A stretch of 64,000 nt of DNA from Promethearchaeota archaeon (GCA_014728035.1 WJMJ01000059.1:256001-320000); one strand, 5' to 3'; counted from the first letter of the stretch, positions 10,317 through 19,365 are shown. A program made the numbers and translations. The notes: a model not told the origin generated them from the letters alone.

Positions 10317-11686
10317 AAGTCGTCACTTGGGTTCTTCGAATTCTCTCTATCGCTGCATTCGTGTATATGGCATATCTTGTCTATAGTATTATGTCTGCTC
10401 TCGGAGTTTGGGATTGGAGTGCTCCGTACGATTACATAGTTACCGTATTTCGATTGCTATCACTAATTGTATTCTTCATATCGATAGTAGTGTTTTCAGG
10501 AATAATTGCTTCAGTGCTAGGGGCTATACCAGGCGGACTTGTTTCAGGATTGTACAATACTCTCGTGCTACGATTATGGTATCTACAACCATACCGTGTT
10601 GACGGCCCCCTAACTGATGTAAATGCCGCTTTTGCTCAGTTTCTAAATAATATCATGGACCTTGCGACCTATCTCTTTGAAACTACTTTCATCTTTCTGT
10701 ACTTCCTCTGTGCAGGTGTTGGCATTGCATTGTTTCTGCAATCTCTTGTTAGAATGGAACACAAATACGTTGCTGGAGCTTTTATTTCAATACAGGTCAT
10801 TCTTATTCTAGGTGCCTATAAGGGATTAGAAGTTATAGATATGAATCCGGTTCCAGTTGATTTTGTCACATTTATTTTTCAAAGCGCACAAATATTGGCT
10901 TTGGTGTCTTTTGCTTATCTTGAGATTAGTTATCAAATGATATACAGTTATTCTGTTGGAAAACCTGTTGAAGATCGCGAAGAAACCCTCAAAAAACAAC
11001 TTCTGGCTTTAAGAAAAGCTACCAGAAAACAGGATGCAATTGAAAGAGAGAAAATCTCGTCGAGTGGAATGAGTAGGTCTTCGGGAGCAACAGTCTTTTC
11101 TTTTGTGCGAGAGGCAATTGAGAGAAAGACAATTGGAGAACAAGATGCCTTAGAAAATTTGGATGCGATTTCTGATGTACGGCGTCTTCAGATATTTGTT
11201 GATGAGCTTCTATCTTCAGACCCTGATGCTCGTGATGAGCTTACTGCAAAAGCAGCTGCCCCCTCATCTTTCTATGTTATATCTTCAACAATAATGGGAT
11301 CTGCTATCAGATTCGTTAGTGTCCTTGCTTTATCATTTCTACTAATCAATCCTCAATTCATTATGGATTTGCTGAACCTGACCCCAGGAATACAAAATAG
11401 TGCTGAGTTGAATCAACCTGAAATAATCCTTCTGTTCCTTGTTCCGCTTATTCTACTCTTCCCCTTTGTTGCTATGGTTATCAGCTCGTTTGTGAATACT
11501 GAAGAAGAAAAAGAAGAATTAACCCCTGAAGAGAAAGAAGCAGAAAAAGAACGCAAACGTAAGCTGAAAGAATTGAAGAAAGAAGCTGAAATAGCACGAA
11601 AAGAGCGAGAAAAAGCTAAACGTGGGAAAAAGAAGGGTGAGGGTGATGAATGGGATCGAGCTCTTGAAGAAACCTACGGTGTCTAG
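10313..11686 (+). CDS. Polytopic membrane protein with charged C-terminal tail
   Basis: About 8 hydrophobic segments; overlaps the DUF58 stop codon (coupled); Lys/Glu-rich tail. Confidence 0.75.
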   Translation: MKVVTWVLRILSIAAFVYMAYLVYSIMSALGVWDWSAPYDYIVTVFRLLSLIVFFISIVVFSGIIASVLGAIPGGLVSGLYNTLVLRLWYLQPYRVDGPLTDVNAAFAQFLNNIMDLATYLFETTFIFLYFLCAGVGIALFLQSLVRMEHKYVAGAFISIQVILILGAYKGLEVIDMNPVPVDFVTFIFQSAQILALVSFAYLEISYQMIYSYSVGKPVEDREETLKKQLLALRKATRKQDAIEREKISSSGMSRSSGATVFSFVREAIERKTIGEQDALENLDAISDVRRLQIFVDELLSSDPDARDELTAKAAAPSSFYVISSTIMGSAIRFVSVLALSFLLINPQFIMDLLNLTPGIQNSAELNQPEIILLFLVPLILLFPFVAMVISSFVNTEEEKEELTPEEKEAEKERKRKLKELKKEAEIARKEREKAKRGKKKGEGDEWDRALEETYGV

Positions 11687-11697
11687 GGGATGGCATA

Positions 11698-12675
11698 GTG
11701 ACTGAAGACGCAGTTATAGTTTCTCATGGAGATTTGGATGGAATCACATCTGGTGCGATTGCTCTCTGTGTTTTTCCAAGTGCCCACTTTTATTTTTCGA
11801 AACCTTCTCAGATTGCTAACGATCTGTATCGAATTGCCAAATACAGACCTTCTGTTGTTTCTGTTAGTGATATAGCTGTGAATGCAAAAAGATTTGATAC
11901 TCTACTAAGAGCATTAGATAGATTTCCCACTTCTACCAAAATTCACTGGATTGATCACCATCCAATTAAGAGCAGTATGAAAAAGGAGCTTTCACAAAGA
12001 GTAGATGTTTTCCATGAAATTGGTCCTTGCGCTGCAGAACTGGTTTATCGTCGTTTTCAATCCAGTTTGACTGACCATGCAGCCCGTCTTGCATTATATG
12101 GGGCGATTGGCGATTACTGTGATAATACTCCCTTTGTAAAAGACCATCTGGAAGACTACGATAAACGGACATTGTATCTTGAAGCAGGAATTCTTGTTCA
12201 GGCACTTCAAGAAATAGATTATAGAAATGCATCAAAAGATTTGGTGCGGGAGCTCTCATTAGGTATTGAACCAAGCTCGATGAATGATATTGTTGCCTTA
12301 GCTATCAAAGCCACAAGAATCGAGCATGAAGTATTCAGATATGTGACGGCTAATTCAAGAAAAATAGGTCCGATTGGATACGTTCTAGACATTCCAATTA
12401 GTGGTTATCGTGGGAAGAGCGCGAAATTCTCCGCATTTGCAACCGACTCGCAAATTGGTATAAGTGCACGTTCTTCAAATGATGAAATTGACATGTCCAT
12501 TAGAAGAAGAAGATCCACAATAGATCTCAATAGTGCTCTTGATAATGTTCTATCCGATATTCCAAATGCGCAGGGTGGAGGCCATCCAGCCGCTGCGGGT
12601 GCGTCTATGGATAAATCTGACTTTCCAAAGTTTCTTCAAACGCTATCTGAATATGTTGACAAATTCTCTAAATGA
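11698..12675 (+). CDS. DHH/DHHA1 family phosphoesterase
   Basis: HGDLDG, WIDHH and GGGHPAAAG motifs. Confidence 0.9.
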   Translation: MTEDAVIVSHGDLDGITSGAIALCVFPSAHFYFSKPSQIANDLYRIAKYRPSVVSVSDIAVNAKRFDTLLRALDRFPTSTKIHWIDHHPIKSSMKKELSQRVDVFHEIGPCAAELVYRRFQSSLTDHAARLALYGAIGDYCDNTPFVKDHLEDYDKRTLYLEAGILVQALQEIDYRNASKDLVRELSLGIEPSSMNDIVALAIKATRIEHEVFRYVTANSRKIGPIGYVLDIPISGYRGKSAKFSAFATDSQIGISARSSNDEIDMSIRRRRSTIDLNSALDNVLSDIPNAQGGGHPAAAGASMDKSDFPKFLQTLSEYVDKFSK

Positions 12676-14881
12676 GTAGTATCATTGCGTTCCACATTAC
12701 CCAAATTACTGTAACGATAGCCTCTCCCGCTACAATTCCACTCATTATCCTGTTTGTCTTTTCTTGTTTTGCACTACATGTAGCTAAATCCACAGTTTCA
12801 GATTCTTCCTTCTTTTGTTTTTCAATTCTATATTGGATAAGCCCACCAAGCAACATAGTAACAGTTGTGGCCGGTGGCACAAGAAGTCCTACAGCAAGGC
12901 TGATTGAACTGAGATTCTTATTATTCAGATACCTCCCCATCATAAATCCTGATATTCCAAACGAGATTAAATATACGAAGCTCAAAAGGGGATGAACTCC
13001 TGGAAACTGACCTATTCCTGGCAGTTGGAAGTTCGTTAGTCCAGTAAGACTTGTTACAAGAAATCCAAATAGTTGAGCAGCAGGACTAGGAAATTCTGTT
13101 CCACCAAAACCATAAGAATCGAAGATGAAAAATGTAATCCAAGATCCAACAATCGTGCCTAATATAGCTCCAATAAAGACTGCTTTTAGTATGTCTCTTC
13201 CACGCACACCAGTAAGCCTTCCTAGTTTTAGATGGACCAAGACTGCAATTGCAGCGTCTTGAAGCGCACCTAACATTGACATGAAGGTTGTAATCGCTTG
13301 AAATGTGACTCTGAAGAAGAGTATAGCTGGAATCGCCATCATGTCGGAGATATATCCTGCTAACATGCCTGTTTCACTAATTGCACGTGCAGTGAAATAT
13401 GCAGAAACCATTGCTACAGGAGTTCCTAGAATGAAGAGGAGCCAGTGGATCTGGAGATTTGAAAAAGGGGTAATTATTGAGAATATTATTATCCCCACAA
13501 TGATAAAGATTGATAATGAAACGAATGCCACCCAAGGAGGTAGTTGCCCCCTTCTACTTCGCAAATACTCTCGTGGGTTGGAAATCATTTCTTTGATTTC
13601 TGCTCGAAACATGTCAAACGAGAATAAATGCTCCTGGACTCTTGCAAGTTCTTTTACACTGCTGACCTTATGCGGACGTTCAATGATGAAGTGATGTCCT
13701 TCCGCTGAACCCCCTATCACTTGTTGTTCAGCTATTTTCTCAAAATCTTCAGGATTTATTTCATCTGCCCTTGTTGAGAGTACATCTCCAGCAATTACTG
13801 AAGCAAAAACTCCTAATGCGATATATAGTATCTCTGGTCTCCTGAGATGCTCATCATATAGAACACTTCCACTGGCCCCCTCTAAGAATATCCAGATTAG
13901 AAGTGTAAGCACACTACCTATTGCCATAATTGCTGTTCTTTTCCAGCCTACGAAATAGCCTATCCCAGCAATCAGAGGGGAATTTGACAATCCAATCCAA
14001 TCTGGAACCATACTACTTCCTGGGATTATTGGAGCAAGTGAATGTGGGATTGTAGAAATATTATTTCCGGTTGACATTTCAACAAGCTTCATTGTACCAG
14101 TCCATGTTGTTGAGCCTGCTAATCCTATAATGACCGATTTTCTTGCATTAACATCTGATCCCAGAGAAGTGATACATTGTGCTTGAGGAATGACTTGTGG
14201 CCATGGGTCATTTTCAAATCTTTCTCGAAAGGGTAGCAATAAGACCAAACCAAAAAACGCACTAACTCCCGTTACAAATACAATAAACGGATATGTGATC
14301 AAGTCAGCTGCAACTTCAGGTCGAAAGATTGCGATTGCTGGGAACGTTATCAACACGCCCAATGAAATCATACTAGACCCATTTGCAATGGTTACCACTA
14401 TTGTGTTTTCTTCAGGAGTATATTGTCCAAAAAGACTCAATACCAAGAATCCCAATAGCTCAGCCCCAACAAAATATACAATTCCAATCTTCAGTGCTAG
14501 ATAAATTCCAAGAAATGTCATCACAACACCGACAATTAATCCCGTTCCCATCGCCCTTTTAGTAAGTGGGAACTTTGGCACACTCATCAATAACCCGTAG
14601 AGCATAAGCCCTCCACATGCCATAATTACTACTTCCGAGAAAACCCCAAATACCCACATAGCTGAAAAATATAGAATAATCAAGGATAGAATGACTACAA
14701 GTCCTCTTTTTGTTATGGGGTCATTAAGTAGTGCACCATAAAGTAATCCTAGTGTACTAAGTATTGCAATCGCAATACCAATGTCAAATCTTGAGTTAGC
14801 AATAACAAATACTACATAAATCAATCCCGCCACATAGAGTCCTGCCAATAGAGTCCTTGTGGAATTAGGGACCTGATTCAT
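12668..14881 (-). CDS. OPT/YSL family oligopeptide transporter with extra N-terminal TM segments
   Basis: LALKIG, EENTIV.T, RAISETG, FPSPAAQ and SGIVAGEAI motifs; many TM helices. Confidence 0.85.
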   Translation of the reverse strand: MNQVPNSTRTLLAGLYVAGLIYVVFVIANSRFDIGIAIAILSTLGLLYGALLNDPITKRGLVVILSLIILYFSAMWVFGVFSEVVIMACGGLMLYGLLMSVPKFPLTKRAMGTGLIVGVVMTFLGIYLALKIGIVYFVGAELLGFLVLSLFGQYTPEENTIVVTIANGSSMISLGVLITFPAIAIFRPEVAADLITYPFIVFVTGVSAFFGLVLLLPFRERFENDPWPQVIPQAQCITSLGSDVNARKSVIIGLAGSTTWTGTMKLVEMSTGNNISTIPHSLAPIIPGSSMVPDWIGLSNSPLIAGIGYFVGWKRTAIMAIGSVLTLLIWIFLEGASGSVLYDEHLRRPEILYIALGVFASVIAGDVLSTRADEINPEDFEKIAEQQVIGGSAEGHHFIIERPHKVSSVKELARVQEHLFSFDMFRAEIKEMISNPREYLRSRRGQLPPWVAFVSLSIFIIVGIIIFSIITPFSNLQIHWLLFILGTPVAMVSAYFTARAISETGMLAGYISDMMAIPAILFFRVTFQAITTFMSMLGALQDAAIAVLVHLKLGRLTGVRGRDILKAVFIGAILGTIVGSWITFFIFDSYGFGGTEFPSPAAQLFGFLVTSLTGLTNFQLPGIGQFPGVHPLLSFVYLISFGISGFMMGRYLNNKNLSSISLAVGLLVPPATTVTMLLGGLIQYRIEKQKKEESETVDLATCSAKQEKTNRIMSGIVAGEAIVTVIWVMWNAMILLI

Positions 14882-14941
14882 CTTGACTTCTCCAAATTAT
14901 TTGTAATAATTTATAATTGATAGCAGATGTTGAATGGATAT

Positions 14942-15250
14942 TTATTGTTTATGAACTGATTTGACGATAGATAGCACTTCGCCTGCACTCATTCCAAATA
15001 TTTGTAGTATCTTCTCTCTTGAACGATGCCCTCTAACAAGGAGAATCTCACTTGACGAACGGCCAAGAAGTTTTGAAAGACGTTTTACTAACTCGGTATT
15101 TGCTTTACCCTCTCTTGCAGCAGACTTGAGATTAATTACAATCCATTTTTGTTCTATTTCTGCAACTAGATTCTCTTCTCTTGATTTTGGTTTTACAACC
15201 ACACGTAAGAAACAGCCTTGGTCAGAATCCCATGTTATACTATCTTTCAT
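14942..15250 (-). CDS. DUF167 (UPF0235/YggU) protein
   Basis: V.VKPKS, A.EGKAN.EL and G..SREK motifs. Confidence 0.9.
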   Translation of the reverse strand: MKDSITWDSDQGCFLRVVVKPKSREENLVAEIEQKWIVINLKSAAREGKANTELVKRLSKLLGRSSSEILLVRGHRSREKILQIFGMSAGEVLSIVKSVHKQ

Positions 15251-15383
15251 GATGGTGATTAGAGAAACATCCTATTTGAGTATGTTTGGATGTATATAAT
15301 GAAAAGGGGGGAGCTATTCGGAATTGTTTTTTATGTTCCTGACATATAGGATTACTTAGACCGTATTTCAAAGACGGGGTGAA

Positions 15384-15770
15384 ATGAAAATGAGCGACCC
15401 AGTAATGGATGCATATACTCAAGCATACGAGGCATCTGGTCAGATGGTCCAAGCGTTTGGAGTCATCACGACAGGTGGACAGGTACTATGGCAAAGCGAT
15501 AACTGGGACCTTACTGCTGATGCCCAATCCCTAGCCGGTGCTGTTGGAAAGGGTGTTGCCAGTGTTACACAAAATGAGGTCAAATATAGTACCATTCGAT
15601 CAAGCCCAGAGAGCCTAGTTGCTCGAAGTGTTTCTGGAAATGGAACTCTAGTACTTGCCAAGATTGAAGATGGGAAGTTTGTGATTGCATGGGCTTCTCC
15701 TGATGCGGCTCCTGACGGCGTCTATGTAGATGTTGATCGTGCCGCAAAAGCACTGAAAGGCAAGGTTTAG
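15384..15770 (+). CDS. Asgard profilin (paralogue 1)
   Basis: ~126 aa; G.VLWQSDNWD and V..NEVKYSTIR..PESLVA motifs typical of Asgard profilins; GGGTGA SD favours a start at 15390. Confidence 0.85.
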   Translation: MKMSDPVMDAYTQAYEASGQMVQAFGVITTGGQVLWQSDNWDLTADAQSLAGAVGKGVASVTQNEVKYSTIRSSPESLVARSVSGNGTLVLAKIEDGKFVIAWASPDAAPDGVYVDVDRAAKALKGKV

Positions 15771-15787
15771 TTGAATATATTCGGAAC

Positions 15788-15818
15788 AGGACATGGGCCA
15801 GGAAATATGCCCTGTCCT
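15788..15818 (+). terminator. Stem-loop between the two profilin genes
   Basis: aggaca(t)gggc ... gccctgtcct inverted repeat 17 nt after the profilin-1 stop codon. Confidence 0.5.
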
Positions 15819-15852
15819 CTCCAAGGTTTTTGATTCGTTGGTGAATTGGATA

Positions 15853-16227
15853 ATGGATGATATAATAAATCAAGAATGGCAGTATCTCTATTCATACAAT
15901 CCTAAGATTAAGGCATTTTGTGTCTGTAAAGGCTCTGAAGTCATTTGGCAGACATCTAATTGGGATCTTGTTTCAGATGCGCCAACAATAATACGTGCTC
16001 CACGTGAAAGTGCTCAAAAAGTTGTGGTAAATGGAGTAACGTATAATCGTGTAGACTCAAATGCTGAACGCTATATTGCATCAGCAACTGGAGATCAGGG
16101 TCATCTAATTGTGGCTCTAATTGAACTTGATAATTGGGCGATAGCTTGGGCAACTTCTGATGCTGTTCCTGAGCTGGCAGGTATTGATCTGGCTTATTCC
16201 GCAATACAACTTGTTGGAAATCTATAG
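15853..16227 (+). CDS. Asgard profilin (paralogue 2)
   Basis: VIWQTSNWDL, VVVNGVTY and GHLIVA..W motifs align with paralogue 1. GGTGA SD at 15840 supports ATG 15853 rather than 15793. Confidence 0.8.
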   Translation: MDDIINQEWQYLYSYNPKIKAFCVCKGSEVIWQTSNWDLVSDAPTIIRAPRESAQKVVVNGVTYNRVDSNAERYIASATGDQGHLIVALIELDNWAIAWATSDAVPELAGIDLAYSAIQLVGNL

Positions 16228-16303
16228 AATCTTTACTCAACTTTCAAAAGTAATTGGTTCTATTTTCTATAAAGAGTATCAGTTAATTCAGGTCGGAAAT
16301 TGT

Positions 16304-17194
16304 ATGCGCGAAACAACCCACGATGATGTAAAAGAATTATACAAGAAAGGTATTCAGTATGAACGATTTGGCGAGCTTAATGCCGCAGAAGAGGTTCTAC
16401 AAAATGCTGTAGCAATCGATGAACAATTTTCTGATGTTTGGAACTTGCTTGGAATTGTGTATAAAAAGAAGAGAGACATTGAAAAATCTAGACATGCATT
16501 GAAAAAAGCGGGGTCTCTCGATCCAGATTGGGCTGAACCTTGGATGCATCTGGGACTATTAGAACTCGATAATCATCAATTTGAAGATGCGATTTCCGCA
16601 CTGGAAAAGTACGTTAGCTTAGGAGGGGATGATACACACGTATTGATTCGTTTAAGTAGGACGTATAGTGATAGGAACGATTGCGAATCAGTCATCAGAA
16701 TAACAAAGAAAATTTTGAAACTTGAGCCAAATAATACTGAAGCTTGGTCATTACGTGGTTTGTGTGAAAAGAAACTCTCTCTAGAAGACGAAGCCCTCGA
16801 AAGTCTGAGCAAATCCTTGGAATTGAAATCCAATCAAGTTACTGTTCTTGACGCTATAGGCGCGATTTATTATGATCGTGGAGACTTCGAGAAATCGTTA
16901 GAGTATTACGGTCCAAGTCTAGAGATTGAGCCAATTAATGTGCCAGTTCTTTTCAGATACGGTACATCTCTGTGGTTTACAGGTGATTGGCAGAGGGCCT
17001 TGGACTATTTGCAAAAATATGTAGAATTATCTCCAGATGATGCAAAAGGATGGAATAATCTTGGTGTGGCATATCGAGAAAAGGGGGAAGTGAAACGAGC
17101 TTTGGAGTGTTTTAAGAGAGCTATAAATCTAGCTCCAAATATGGAAACCGCACAAAGTAATCTTGATATGGGCACCAAACATGCGCTTCCGTAG
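16304..17194 (+). CDS. TPR repeat protein
   Basis: Repeated W..LG..Y....A...F.KA..L.P units; ATG 16304 avoids overlap with the profilin gene. Confidence 0.9.
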   Translation: MRETTHDDVKELYKKGIQYERFGELNAAEEVLQNAVAIDEQFSDVWNLLGIVYKKKRDIEKSRHALKKAGSLDPDWAEPWMHLGLLELDNHQFEDAISALEKYVSLGGDDTHVLIRLSRTYSDRNDCESVIRITKKILKLEPNNTEAWSLRGLCEKKLSLEDEALESLSKSLELKSNQVTVLDAIGAIYYDRGDFEKSLEYYGPSLEIEPINVPVLFRYGTSLWFTGDWQRALDYLQKYVELSPDDAKGWNNLGVAYREKGEVKRALECFKRAINLAPNMETAQSNLDMGTKHALP

Positions 17195-17198
17195 CCTG

Positions 17199-17954
17199 TT
17201 ATCCAAATATTATCTCGCGCATTCTTTGTTGAATCTCTTGAAACTCTGATAACCCACTAGCTCGAAGTCTTACTAACCAATCATACAGCTTTAGAGCTTT
17301 TTCGTCTGCAACATCTCCCTTTACCATTTTGATGATTGGTCTTCTATTATCAAAATAGATTTCATCGGTTTTGACTAATAGTTCTACAAGTTCGCTCTCT
17401 TTCTCTTCAGAGAGTTTAATTCCGAATACTTTTTCCAATCTTTCAATACTGGCCTTTGCGCTCTTGACTATTTCTGCCCTTTTCTGTGTGCTGTGAACTG
17501 TGACAACAAACCCTTTTGCAGTTCTTCGATAATAGTGTGTTGTACGTTTTCCAGTTTCAACCTTACCGTATTCTATGATATATCCCGCATCGATTAATTT
17601 TGGTAAATGATGATAGACCTGATTCTTGGTAATCTCTTCTACTCCTTCAAGGACCTCAGACTGATTCACAATCTCTACTACCGATAAGGCATATCGTTGT
17701 ATTTTTTTCACTCTGATAATTCGTTCCCCAGTTTCTTCATTGAACTCCTCTGTGGTTTGAGTGTCTTCTTTTCCTTTTCGTAGGATTTTAATGATACTCA
17801 ATCTTACTGGATCATCCAGCATTTGTGCTCGCTCGTCATCTTGCACAAATTCAATCTCTTTCATCTCCTTTTTTCCTTCTTCAGTAAGTTCAATTTCCTT
17901 TAGTGTGTCTGTGAGATTATCACTCATTGTTTGATCTTCCATATTCCTTTTCAC
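17199..17954 (-). CDS. ArsR-like winged-helix transcriptional regulator (true start probably 17942 or 17927)
   Basis: LDDPVRLSII, VYHHLPKL..AGYI and YYRRTAK motifs. Confidence 0.85.
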   Translation of the reverse strand: MKRNMEDQTMSDNLTDTLKEIELTEEGKKEMKEIEFVQDDERAQMLDDPVRLSIIKILRKGKEDTQTTEEFNEETGERIIRVKKIQRYALSVVEIVNQSEVLEGVEEITKNQVYHHLPKLIDAGYIIEYGKVETGKRTTHYYRRTAKGFVVTVHSTQKRAEIVKSAKASIERLEKVFGIKLSEEKESELVELLVKTDEIYFDNRRPIIKMVKGDVADEKALKLYDWLVRLRASGLSEFQEIQQRMREIIFG

Positions 17955-17983
17955 ACATACATCTTATGATTTTCCATATTAAA

Positions 17984-18099
17984 GTTTTGTTAACCAAACC
18001 ATTTTTAGACAAATACTTTATAATTTTTAGTTTGTAAAGCAAACCTTTATATTGATTTGAGTATACACTATAATTGTAAGATGGTTTGTTTTACAAACC
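17984..18099. promoter_or_regulatory. Divergent promoter with three palindromic operators (consensus GTTTG-N5-CAAACC)
   Basis: 17984 gttttg-ttaac-caaacc; 18029 agtttg-taaag-caaacc; 18083 ggtttg-tttta-caaacc (inside a perfect 8-bp inverted repeat, 18082-18100). TATA-like tttataat at ~18017 and tttatatt at 18046. Confidence 0.75.
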
Positions 18100-18112
18100 A
18101 AGGTGATTAACA

Positions 18113-18214
18113 ATGGCAGAAACAAAACAACAAGACTGCGATACCAAGAAGGAAATCCACGCAAAGGCCCCAAAGGCATTGGCGTTGTATCATGCATATA
18201 AATATCGGAGGTAA
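18113..18214 (+). CDS. Micro-ORF 1, 33 aa: MAETKQQDCDTKKEIHAKAPKALALYHAYKYRR
   Basis: AGGTGA SD at 18101; TATA upstream; similar to micro-ORF 2. Absent from the supplied ORF track (too short). Confidence 0.7.
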   Translation: MAETKQQDCDTKKEIHAKAPKALALYHAYKYRR

Positions 18215-18219
18215 ATCTA

Positions 18220-18306
18220 ATGGCTCAAGAGAAAAATAAGACTGATAGAAAGATTCGAAGAGACATTTCGACTAAAGCAATCGGTTACTCATATCAATAC
18301 AGGTAG
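18220..18306 (+). CDS. Micro-ORF 2, 28 aa: MAQEKNKTDRKIRRDISTKAIGYSYQYR
   Basis: GGAGGT SD at 18207 overlaps the ORF1 stop codon; paralogous to ORF1. Confidence 0.7.
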   Translation: MAQEKNKTDRKIRRDISTKAIGYSYQYR

Positions 18307-18312
18307 ATGAAG

Positions 18313-18432
18313 ATGACAATTAGTCAAGATTCCCATAGATCTGGTTTGAGTGAGCCTTGCCAGCAATCTGTTGAAAAACAGAATTGTCGAAATCTCAATT
18401 GTGATGAAGTGCTCATGCTGGAATGCACATGA
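18313..18432 (+). CDS. Possible micro-ORF 3, 39 aa with 4 Cys: MTISQDSHRSGLSEPCQQSVEKQNCRNLNCDEVLMLECT
   Basis: AGGT SD overlaps the ORF2 stop codon with similar spacing, but its 3' end runs into a terminator-like hairpin. Confidence 0.35.
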   Translation: MTISQDSHRSGLSEPCQQSVEKQNCRNLNCDEVLMLECT

Positions 18433-18437
18433 GCACT
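18408..18437. terminator. Hairpin between convergent transcription units
   Basis: agtgctcatg / catgagcact perfect 10-bp inverted repeat. Confidence 0.6.
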
Positions 18438-18443
18438 CACCAT

Positions 18444-19241
18444 TTATTTTTTAAAAACTAACTGATAGAAAGTTCCATTATAGATATAATCAACCTCCAC
18501 ATCTTTTGCTTTTTCAGGTATTTGTTCGAGAGGTGGTTTTGCTGCAAATAACGCGTTTGCCTCAACAATTGCCTTACCTCTATCAGTCCCTCGTACCTTT
18601 GGTGATAGACCTTCGTCAATTACTAGAATTGTCCCCTCCGGTTTTGCTACACGTAACATCTCCTTCAGTGCTTCCGAGATGTCTGAGAAAGTGTTAATTC
18701 CACCTGTATGAATGACTAAATCAAACTGGCTTTTTCTAAAAGGCATGTTGAATACACTTGCGTGAAGTAAAGCTACTGGAAGTTTTAGTTGGTTCATTTT
18801 ACTTTTTGAAACCTGTAACATCCCTGTGGACAAATCAATTCCATACAAATCAAATCTAGGTTCATTCTTTCTTATATGTGGTGCTAGAGCCTCAAAATTG
18901 GCAGCAGTACCTATACATACATCAAGTATCGAAACCGAACTCTTTTTCGGGATGAATTTTAGCAAATCTTCTCTTCCACTGGAAATGTCCGCTCCTAGAA
19001 AATCATCGTATTGTTTAACAAGGTCATCATATTTTGGAGCGAGCTCATCATATTCATCTATCCATCTCTTATCTTCTTCAGAGATTGGTGGATATACACA
19101 CGAAAGAATCTCTCCTTCCATATTCCAGACATGTCCTTTCTTGCATGCTATTTCAGCATCAATAAGTTCTGTGTTTGGAGGTATAATGATTTGATTCTTG
19201 CATTTCGGGCATCTTAGTTTCTTCAACATATTCGATTTCAT
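18444..19241 (-). CDS. Class I SAM methyltransferase (UbiE/MenG-like) with N-terminal Trm112-like Zn ribbon
   Basis: LRCPKC...C..GH; ILDVCIGTA, GIDLS.GM, PF....FD and ALKEMLRV.KP.G motifs. Confidence 0.85.
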   Translation of the reverse strand: MKSNMLKKLRCPKCKNQIIIPPNTELIDAEIACKKGHVWNMEGEILSCVYPPISEEDKRWIDEYDELAPKYDDLVKQYDDFLGADISSGREDLLKFIPKKSSVSILDVCIGTAANFEALAPHIRKNEPRFDLYGIDLSTGMLQVSKSKMNQLKLPVALLHASVFNMPFRKSQFDLVIHTGGINTFSDISEALKEMLRVAKPEGTILVIDEGLSPKVRGTDRGKAIVEANALFAAKPPLEQIPEKAKDVEVDYIYNGTFYQLVFKK

Positions 19242-19365
19242 TTCTCTACGTCCTAGGTCATGATATCCTATCATTATAGTATTCTTTAGTAGTATATGCA
19301 TTGGAGCAGATATATTGGAGGTCAACTTTGAAATATAATGTCTGTGAATCATACCAACAATGAAC

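Noticed and set aside
17984-18100. Repeats as a mini-CRISPR array
   Set aside because: They are 17-bp degenerate palindromes with unequal spacing and no cas genes; an operator interpretation fits better.
18430-18465. Selenocysteine read-through of the micro-ORF3 TGA next to a hairpin
   Set aside because: The hairpin overlaps the codon, lacks SECIS-like features and fits a terminator between convergent genes; the read-through sequence is not protein-like.
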